A DNA stretch of 55,318 nt, taken from contig MEDY01000185.1 in assembly GCA_001724265.1 (NCBI GenBank), positions 1 to 55,318 of the forward strand, in the 5' to 3' direction. Origin of the DNA: Rhizaria sp. SCN 62-66 (taxonomy: Eukaryota). Shown here one piece after another: positions 46,039 through 55,318 of the stretch. Both the position numbers and the translations under genes were made by a program. Positions within the stretch are counted from its first letter, which is position 1. Each line of letters begins with the position of its first letter. Under the pieces are notes generated by a model, which was not told the origin of the DNA, did no database searches, and saw nothing but the letters and a program-made list of their open reading frames with translations.

Positions 46039-46974
46039 GGGGACGGCAGCGAAGCTCTTCTGCGTGGCGCGAGGCAAGGGGCGAGGGGAGAGCGAGAGCG
46101 TGGAGTGGGCGAGACGGCAAGAGGCGACCATGCGATGATGCGATATGGATGTGAGGTTGGGATAGGAAAACGGCGAGCACGATGTGATATTGCGGATGAG
46201 CACGGAGAAAGCAATTTGAACACGTATTTCGCACAGCTTTCATGCTAAAATTCGTAGTATCATCGGCTTTGATGAGCAAAAACCCTGCATCAAAAGGTTC
46301 AAGAAGCAGTAAGATGCATCACGCCTGACACGACAGTGTAACAGCAATCGATGTGCAATTTAAGAAGCCAGAATCATGGCTGAAGGTTCCGTAACGTGCG
46401 AACAAAGACATCCCAACGTGAGACTCGCGGATCTAAACGCAAAATCCCCATTGACAGAGTTCATATGTCAGATATCATGATGGCTTTGGGTGAAGACGTG
46501 GCCTCATCTTACAGCGACGTCTTCGCGCAAGGCGGACTGGAGGCCAATGAGGTAATTTAAAATCCAGTCATTGTGACCGGTCTCTACTGTCAGTTGTGTT
46601 TTTATCGTGGTGATGTGTGTACTCCGCGTGAAATGCTTTTATTTCTTCATTTATGCAATCTCGGGGTGTCCCTATGATGTACTGTGTATGTGAAAGGATC
46701 CTCGACTGATGCGCGTCGGCTGGTCCTCGCTGCACCTCACTCACTAGTCAGGTTTCTCATAAGCTTGACACTCGCAGTGCTATGAACTGTACCACTTGCA
46801 TATCTTGACAGGGAGCGGCGCCATACTATTTTTCACTTATCGTGCTTCATTCTGCTGCTGCAGGATCCTTCTGTTTCCCTCTTCTCTCACGTATCTTGCT
46901 TGCTCCTTCATCATTTCCTCCCGTTCACTCTCGCATTCCGCATTCCAGCGCTTTTCCCGTTTGTCCCGCGCCCC

Positions 46975-49900
46975 ATGGACGTTACTGAGCGTGAGCAGCT
47001 CCGCCAGGCGCGCGCCCGCCGCCACAACCAGGCTGTTTTGCAGCAGCAAGTGATCCCCAGTGACTTCAACGACCCGTTCAAGTACCGCGCCCCCGTGCGC
47101 CGCCGCGTCTCTTCCGTCTCGGCGCGCCCCGCGGGGAGAGCCTCCGGCGGCGCGGGCGCTGGCCGGCACGCCGACGGCGGCGGCAGCGACCACGACGACG
47201 ACGATGACGACGACGATGACGAAGGCGTGAACCACGCCTACAACCCCTATGGTGACGACGACAATGATGCCACGAGCGCTGGCGACGCGCCGCGCGGGAT
47301 CGGCGGCCGCAAGCTCGCCCTCGCCATCACGGCCACGCTGTACCAGTACACGTCCGCGACGTCCGCGACGGCGATCGGCCCCCGCAGCGTCGCGCTCGTC
47401 GGCAGCACCGGCAGCAGCGGCGGCCATGCACTTGTCGTGTCGGACACTGCACGCAAGACCCAGTTCCTCACTGTGCCGATCGATGCCAACTTCAAGTTCA
47501 CGCTCGTGGCGCCCGATGACCTTCCCGCCGCTCTCGCACAGGCCACCGCGAGTAACAACAGCACAGGCACGAGTACCCCCATGAGTACGTCCACGTGCAC
47601 TGTGCCTCCAGTGGCGCGTTTCTCCGACGGACTCAACACGTGGCTCGTTCTCTTCGCCCAAACGCCCCATCTGGCAGATTTCGCGCTCAACATCGCCCTC
47701 GCACGCAACGCTGCGTGCCACCGCGCGCGCCCCGGCACGCCCCGCGCCATCATCGCTCAGGATCTGTGCCTCCTCGCTCCCCCCGCCGTCGACAGCGCAA
47801 ACAACAACAACAGCAACATCAGTAGTAGTAGTGCGCTTACGTCGGCGCCGCCCGTGCGGATCGGCGACAAAGTGCGTATCCGCTACTCGATGCAGACCGT
47901 GAGTGCGGACGGCGGCGCCCTGGGACCCACCGCCATCGCATGTGACTTAACTAAAGTCTTCGACGTCGGGACTGGTGTTGGCGCTGTGCCGAGCGGGGTT
48001 GAGCAGGGTATTCTCGGCATGCGCAAGGGCGGGGTGCGTTTCCTTGTTATCCCGGCTGTGATGGCGGAGGCCGCGGACGACTGGGGACCGCACGTGCCGA
48101 CCCACGTTGACCTCGCGGTGGAAGTCACGCTGGAGAAACATAAGAGCATCAACGCGACGAGCGCCAACACTGACGCTGCTGCCGCCGACCCTGTCACTGT
48201 CACCGCGAGTACGGGCGCCAGCAATGGCGGCAAGGCGAGTGCGACGAGCGGTGCGTCTGTGCCTGAGTCAACATCGTCGTCCTCGAAGGGTGCTGCTGCT
48301 GGTGCTAGTAGTGGGCGTGGTGCCAAGGCGCGTCGCAGCTACGGCTACGCGTCGTCGTCGGTGCAAAACGACGACGAGGACGATGGACAGAGTGCGTTCT
48401 TCGACGCTGAGCCCGTCTCCGCGTCGGCTGCAGTGGCGGCCACGTCGAATGCGGCCAAACGGCGCGCCGCTGCCGCCGCCGCTGTCGCCGCCGCGACCGC
48501 CGAGGCCGAGGCGGAGGCCGCCGCGGCTGCCGAGGCGGAAGCTTCCGTGGTGGCTCCTGTCCCGTTGCCGGTGCAGTCGTCGCCTGTCCCGGAGCCAGAT
48601 CAGGCCGCATTCGTCGCGCCCCTGTCCTTGGCCACGAACACCAGCATCAGCGCCAACGGCTACGAAGCCTCATCCCCGACCGCGGCCGTCACTCCTGCCG
48701 CTGCGGCGGACAGCGCCGAGGCCAGCGAAGCCGCGTTGCGCGAGCGGATGCGCAAGATCAGCGCAGCCGCACACGCCGGCCACCACGCGATGCCCTCCGC
48801 AGGCGCCGCGGGCGCCGCCGCCGTCGCCGCCGCCGCCGCGACCGCGATGGCCGCCGCGCAGGGGTCGCCGGGATTCACTGCAGTCAAATCCCCCTCTGGC
48901 TCTGGCTCTGGCAGCGCCGCCGCTCACGGTCACGGTCACGCGGCGGCGTACGGTCAGTACCCGCAGGGCCGGCCGTCGCTGTCGGGCGCCACCGCCTTCG
49001 CTCTGTTATCACCCGCTACGACTGCGAGCTCGGGCGCTTCCGCAGCAGCAGTTTACGCTGCCAGCGGTGGTGGTAACGCTAACCTGAGCCCTGTCGCGGC
49101 CACTGTTACGCCTGGCGGTGTCGCTGTCTTTTCCCGCGCCACCCCTGTCTCCGCCGTGCTCCGCTATCTCGCCATGGACCCCTTCGCCTCTGCTTTCGCG
49201 GCGCACGCCGTGGACACCCTCGACGATCTGCTGTTGCTCGAGGACGAGGACTGGAAACTGATCGTGCCGCAGATCGGCGCACGACGCAAGCTGCAGCTGC
49301 GTGTTGGGGAGATTGGTGCGACGATGAATCAAAGTCAAGCCGCGGCGGGGGTGAGCCAGAGCAGAGCCGCGAAATACGCGATTCAAGCCCTCGCACAACA
49401 ACAACAGCAACAACAGCAGCAGCAGAGCGTTGCCGCGACTGCGAGTGCCACTGCGGCTGTCGCGGCTGCTGCGGCGGCGAACGCGGCGGCGAACGAGGTT
49501 GAGGCCGCGGGATCTGCGGTGCCGGAGCGCGATACTGCGCGCATTGACGCAGACGCGTACGACCGTGGGCGCGCTGATGTACGTAGACTTATGCCGAACA
49601 AAAACACACGATATCTCACCCATATATCCATATATCTCACAAATATGATAAAATCATATTTAATTATGTTTTCTATCTAACTATCTTAAATTGTGTTCTC
49701 TCATGGCTTCATATGCATTTGTATTTGTTCTTTTGTAGGCGACTGCGGCGGCTAAGGCCAAGATTGACACAATGAAGGAGATTGCCAATGAGAAATTCTC
49801 TTCTCTCACTGCAGAGCTTGAGGCTGCACACAAGGTATGTGGATAATCCATTATATCCTAATTAAGCTCCATAACGCATCTCCATTCTGTAATGTGCTTG

Positions 49901-50521
49901 AGATGACTCTTATGAGCATGTTCCTCACGGTTGTTTACTTTTTCTGAAATTTTTGTTGTGTAGGAGATTGCGCGTCTGCGCGCTGAGCTTGACGTTGCGC
50001 AGAAGGACGGCGCTAAGACTAAGGAGACGATGCGCGTCTACGTTGAGCAGATGCGTGAGACCCGCAAGGAAGAGACCAAGGTACGCTTTGCAGTCACTTC
50101 TTAATTTGACTTCACAAAATTCGTCTTGATAAGCTATTCTCACAATTGCATGGATCATCAACGCATTTAGTGATATCACTCGCTTCGTAACGCAACTTTA
50201 TCAAGTTGATCATATCTTTGTTTTTAACTGTTTCAATTCGTATACTTTCAGGAGCTTGAGCGTGCGACTACCGAGGCGGCCGAGGTCCGTGCCGAAGCAC
50301 TGCGCTATAAGGCGCACATGCGTGAGCAAGCGGCCGCGCTTAAGGCCACCGCGCGCGCTGAGCTCAAAAACCAGGTCAAATCGTTGTCGGAGTCAATTTT
50401 CGTGCAGATTTCGACTGTGTTCAACGCCAATGATGTGATGGATGGTGAGACGGTCCGGCTTAAGATGAAGGAGTGTCTGCGCACCACGGCGGCGGAAGCG
50501 CTTGCGAACATTGGCGAGTGA
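46975..50521 (+). CDS. FKBP15: FKBP15-like protein (~1028 aa): PH/WH1-like region, FKBP domain, SAM domain, coiled coil; exons 46975-49578, 49739-49834, 49964-50080, 50252-50521
   Basis: The FKBP domain reads VRIGDKVRIRY...GVEQGILGMRKGGVRFLVIPA...VPTHVDLAVEVTLEK. The C-terminal VKSLSESIFVQISTVF...MDGETVRLKMKECLR resembles the FKBP15 C-terminal helix. Three phase-0 GT..AG introns keep the frame. Ends in TGA. Confidence 0.75.
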
Positions 50522-50999
50522 GTACTTAATGGCATCTACACAAAACTAAATTCCTGTGTAGTCTAAGACAATGTGGTTTATGCCTCTTCATCCGCATTAA
50601 TGTGATCAAACTGCCCGATCTGTGCACCATACGAATCACTTAATGACTTTAAATATGGCAGATCGTGCGCTAATGCCCCAGTTGTGCCACGTTGTGTGAT
50701 GTGAATGTCAGTGATGCACATTTGAGAGGGAAATCTGCAATTTTGCTGGCGGAGTGGGATGCGCGTCGCTTGCCAGTCGCTGCGGCCCGCGAGTGAAGGG
50801 GTTTCTTAAATGAGCCTGTATCAGATTATTGCGAACGTCAAATGAGATAGGGTCACTTTCTCTCAATATAAACAATGTATTTATCAATAATTCTTTAATT
50901 ACCGACCTCTGAAACTTGATCTCATTTTGTAATGTCTCTTTGTACACCTACCTGGTTCAACAACTCATCGGCACGACGCTCAACACTTAAAAGAGCATC

Positions 51000-52310
51000 A
51001 TGGTTGACTTTATCGCAGTCAAATGTCATGCTTGCAACACATTCCAGGTACATTTTGGCTGCAATTGCATGACTTGTGTGAACATGTGTCGTTGCACTGC
51101 TGTCTGTCTTGCGTGTACGCTCATGGTGGTTAGGTGAACAAGGAGCAGAGACGGAAAGTGAGCGAAGCAACACTTCGGCTCGTTCGAGAGACGCTACACC
51201 GCGTTTGATGCTGTCATACGTAGCAGCTACGTCGGATATATGTGTGTTTAATTGTTGGCAGGCTTGAACTGACCGCCGGTCGTGCCCTATACAACTCTGA
51301 CTCAGCTGTCGGATCTGACAGCTAGGGCTCGCATTCATCCTTTGGCACGGAAGCAGGCTGCCTGAACAAACATGAACGCAACCTATGTTTTCACGGGAAT
51401 CATTGTGAACGTATATCTTTCTTGTAATGGGGTTACTGAACCTGAAGCTTACATCTTAGATCCCCTATCGTAACCTTACCCCACTTTCTTGCTGTTTGAC
51501 CTAGGTTCAACAACAAAACAAAAAGGCAGTTTTCCAGTGCAAGATGTGCGGTGAAAAGCAAGGCATCGCACGGGTACGAAAAATAAGATCGTATATATAA
51601 TATATTTTGTCTCTCATCCTAGTTCCGAGTCTTCAAGTGCTCATCGAGATGATCCTCTTCGGTATCTTTTGTGGTCATTGTAGGTGTACTGCTTGTCGAC
51701 GAACGCTGCCGAGCTTCGTGAGCTTGTGATGCGGCTTAACTATGCCAAGGGCGAAGCATAGACAACTGCATCGATGGCTCCTGACACTGCGAACATGATG
51801 ACTGATTGCAATAAAGGCAACGGTAACAGTCAACAACAACGGCAGCCACCGCTGCCGCAGCAGCAACAAGGTTATGGAAGCTCACAATCGCGCAATCATC
51901 ACACGTACATTGGCGCTACTGCGGGTGCCTATTCGATCTCGACCTTGATGCCTGCGTCTACTGCTCTTGCCCTTGGCAAGCAGACCGCTAGCTCTGGAGC
52001 ATCATCAGTAACATCAGCCAACAGCAGCTTTGGCAGCCTCCGCGCACCGACTGCAAACAACAGCACCGACTTTGGCTTTGGCTCTGCAACGAGCAACGAC
52101 TTTGGCACGTACACCGGCGAGAACACAACGTCGTTTGCCCGCAAGCAATACGCAAACTCCCAGTCGCGGCACAATAACTCGCTGTATGATAGCTACAACA
52201 GCATTGAGGATGAAGACGACAGTGATGAAGACCAGGGCAATGGCTACGGCTCGGGTGCAGCGTTCTATAGCAAGATGGCTGCGAGTCAAACGATGACAAT
52301 GGTCCCAGTT

Positions 52311-52342
<32 letters not shown>

Positions 52343-52910
52343 AATGCCGCAGCCTATGGGCAGTCGCTACAGCAACCAAACCAACAACAACAATAGCTCT
52401 CACGGTTACTCAAACAGTAGCGCTGCCGTCAATAGGCGCATGTACAGCAATAGCAATAATAATGTCCCGAATAGCACGAGCTCTAGTACGAGTGCCTTGA
52501 ATGCCCCTGTTGGAGCGCGCAGTCTCTATAGCTCTGCTCACGGCCACTCCGCTGTTCACGGTCATCATGGAGCTCACGGTCACACTCAAGCACACAGTCG
52601 CATGCTCGGTCGTGTGCAAGCGACACCGCCATCGACACCCGTCACGGCCACAACCCCGCCTGCTTTCTCCGCTGCGAACAACAACATTTACCGCAATACC
52701 GTGCATGACAACACCAGTGTGTTTGCCAATCAAACGTCGAATAGCAAGTCTGGTAACGCGAGTGCTGTCTGCGGCCCGTCGCCACCTCGGTCATTCGGAC
52801 ACGGTGGCGCTGGTCGCATCACCCCTGCGTATGGGTTATCTCACCCGTCACAGTCGCTCTCCACTGAGCCGCAATCGCTCTCCACTCAGCCGCAGTCGCA
52901 ACAAGAGAAA

Positions 52911-52949
<39 letters not shown>

Positions 52950-53540
52950 TAGCAGCAAGGACAGTTTGGGCAGCAGCTCTCGTCACAGTCGTGGCCGCCA
53001 CCGCAAACACTGCAGACGCAGCAACAACAACAGCAGCAGCCACCACAGCAGCAGCGGTCAACACCTGCGCAGAAGCAGACGTCAAATGCAAGCATCTTCT
53101 CTGCTCCCTCTGTTCACGGTCCATCTGCGGCTCCCAGCGGTGGTGGTCTTTACGCCACCTCCACAAGGCAAGTCAGCGCGAAGCGCACTGCGCCGGACAG
53201 CGACTACAATGACGTGCAACCACTGCGTAATGCGCCCGCTGGAAACAACAACGACGGTAGTCATCACGCGGGGAACGCTTCTGTGCAAAACTTCCAGGGC
53301 CAGAGTCAGCATCCGAATCAGACAGGATAGCCACTGCTTGGACAGCAGTTTGGACTCGGCTTTGGGGGCGCAGGAGCGCAGCAATGGACTCCGAACGCTG
53401 GGCAGAATCAGTGGGGCGACCAGCAGCAGCAGCGGCACCGTCGTGTCAATGTTGACGATGATGATGACGACGACGATTACGATGAAGCGGAGCGGAGGTC
53501 GCAGGCTGGTGCTGCATTCTACGCCCGGATGGGAATGTAA
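51000..53540 (+). CDS. MRNIP: MRN-complex-interacting protein (MRNIP/UPF0544)-like (~657 aa) with three in-frame TAGs (51759, 52950, 53328); exons 51000-51047, 51505-51573, 51684-53540
   Basis: The spliced N-terminus MVDFIAVKCHACNTFQ|VQQQNKKAVFQCKMCGEKQGIAR|VYCLSTNAAELRELVMRLNYAKG matches the MRNIP zinc-ribbon pattern (C..C..FQ..Q..K....CK.CGEKQ....Y......R..V..LN). The same frame continues as a Q/N/S-rich region to TAA at 53538-53540, interrupted only by TAGs. Confidence 0.82.
52911..52958 (+). repeat. (CAGCAA)n polyglutamine tract containing an in-frame TAG
   Basis: Sequence reads CAG CAG CAA (CAG CAA)5 TAG CAG CAA. Confidence 0.92.
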
Positions 53541-55162
53541 TTGATTTATTTAGACACATGTAACACTCATATTTCCACAATAGACTACTTAGCAAACAGT
53601 TTTATTCTCAATTCTGACATGTATCCAAGGGAAGCTTGTTATCATTTCTGTACAAGCTAATTTCCCCCCACTCCCGTCTTGTTGATATGTGTGTTGTGCT
53701 TTTCGGCCCCCAATATGATAGTATTTCCCCAGTTTATTAAACGCTACTCAACTAATGGTGATACAAGTTTAAGTAGTCAAAGCTGTTCAAATATGTAAAT
53801 GGTGGTAAATCAATGTAATAATTAACTCGTCAAAATAGGACCTTTGACCAAAAATAACAACATATTTTATTAGATTAAAGCAAAATAGGTCCGGATTTAA
53901 TGTATTTTAATCTAAACATAATATATTGGCAAGATATCACTTGCAATCCACTTGAAGCAGTGTGACTGCTCACATAGCTGATACAGATGAAGATGCACCG
54001 GATGATAGGAAGGTTTAGAGAACGAAACAACTAATTTATAGGATCACAACTGGCGTTTAAGCACTGCAATACCTGCTACACCAGCATACGCTTTCTTTGT
54101 TGGGCTACACTCAACCCTTGTTGGGCATCGGGACTAACACCACGACAGAGATGCGTTGATGAAGAGATTGAGCTTCAAGCTGTGGCTTCAAAATTGCCAA
54201 TGGACATGGTTATACAATGACATGCTTGAACGCAGTGATACTTATCAGCGTCAGGGCCGCTGTGGGACAACCTTGTATTAGTCGGAACTGGCGGAACTAC
54301 TGACTCCATCCTTTTGACTTAGAGCGGAGGTTGGGCGTTTAACAAAGCCCGTTATCAATAACTTTGGAGCACATTATATATGAATAGATTCATAGCATCC
54401 CCACACTTATTTTCATTTCTCTAATTCCACCCATCCGAACCCAACCTCTTACAGATGCATGTCGCTGGCTCTGACACGAACGGAAGCCAGCCCCCCGCAC
54501 TCCTCGTTTTGAATTTCAATCCCAAATTCAAAGACATATCCACAACTTTTACTCAATACACATCACAATTATGAGCTCGAATTCTAAATCTTGCGCATAG
54601 CAGGAATGCTATGTAAGGCCTGTAAAGCAAATAGCCTGGTCTGCGTGCATCTTAAGCAGGTTTTGAGTCCCCGGATGTCCATAAACGGCAATGAGGCAAA
54701 AAAGCCAACTGATAACGGATTGCCAACGATCGCGTATACATCGAGATAAGAGCTAACACCACGATCCATCCTCACGTTTAGCGTCATTTCCCTCTCTTCG
54801 AAATTACCATCATTGTTCGAGGCAAGCTCTAGATCGTCACGAGCTTGGGTTGCTCAGTTTCGAATCACTACGGGAATAATTAAAAGATTGTGTTTTCAGA
54901 GACAAATGATCTCAGAGAAAAACATACGTTTTCGCTCGTTGACGGAGAAGACATCGAGGAAAGCATCTCAGTTATGCGCCTATGCTCCAAGCCGAGACAT
55001 TTACCCACGGTCAATGACTGTGAGTCGCTACGATAAAAGTAACGCAGCCAGTATTTGCGGAAGCCTGTAGATGGAGCAGGGGTCGTAAAAAATCCTGGCG
55101 AACACTCTCACATTTTCATCGCTAGTACTTTCGAAAACCCGAAAGGCAGTTTCATTTCAACA

Positions 55163-55318
55163 ATGGCTCCCCCTCGCAAGTCCACTGGCTCCAAGCAGCC
55201 CTCCAAGACCCCCGCCGATGGCTCCAAGAAGAAGGCCGGCAAGCGTGGAAAGAAGCGCACCGAGACCTACTCCTCCTACATCTTCAAGGTCCTCCGCCAG
55301 GTTCACCCCGACACCGGC
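55163..55318 (+). CDS. H2B: Histone H2B, N-terminal part (runs off the window)
   Basis: Translates as [52 protein letters not shown], which contains the H2B signature KR.ETYSSYI.KVL.QVHPDTG. Confidence 0.97.
   Translation, partial: MAPPRKSTGSKQPSKTPADGSKKKAGKRGKKRTETYSSYIFKVLRQVHPDTG

Noticed and set aside
52501-53544. 347-aa alternate-frame ORF that could bypass two TAGs by frameshifting
   Set aside because: It has no ATG start or slippery site and does not explain TAG 51759. The polyQ tract and the repeated GAAFYxxM motif are in the other frame.
53600-55100. Short ORFs on both strands upstream of H2B (e.g. 54584..54787 on minus, whose TAG is followed four codons later by TAA)
   Set aside because: No recognisable product or complete exon structure; it could be a degenerate gene or element, but I cannot support a call.
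1-55318. tRNA(CUA), pyrrolysine or selenocysteine recoding, CRISPR arrays, rRNA, intact transposons
   Set aside because: I saw no cloverleaf, pyl genes, regular repeat-spacer array or transposase/RT motifs by eye. TAGs in polyQ or low-complexity contexts do not fit pyrrolysine. A tRNA scan of the whole genome is still needed.

Overview
This is gene-dense nuclear DNA from an unidentified microbial eukaryote (protist-like), with GC-rich exons, AT-richer intergenic DNA and spliceosomal introns whose donors are mostly GTACG. The window opens inside histone H2A and closes inside histone H2B. Between them lie a divergent H4 and about 12 other genes: a secreted protein with a Tyr-rich end, a HAD/DUF2608-like phosphatase, a tocopherol-cyclase-like protein ending in KTEL, an ankyrin protein, a 4265-aa Ski3/TTC37-like TPR protein, a GTPBP2-like GTPase, an unknown protein, a GT-A glycosyltransferase, two surface proteins, an FKBP15-like protein and an MRNIP-like protein. 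The main finding is evidence for a non-standard nuclear genetic code in which UAG is a sense codon (most likely Gln) while UAA and UGA remain stops. Five in-frame TAGs interrupt three otherwise intact genes, and one replaces a CAG inside a (CAGCAA)n polyQ tract. All 14 gene ends in my models use TAA (8) or TGA (6). Other findings are a variant histone 3' stem-loop with a second shared downstream element, a self-complementary GC-rich insert inside an intron, and a possible antisense gene nested in MRNIP. All family assignments come from motif recognition by eye, not database searches.
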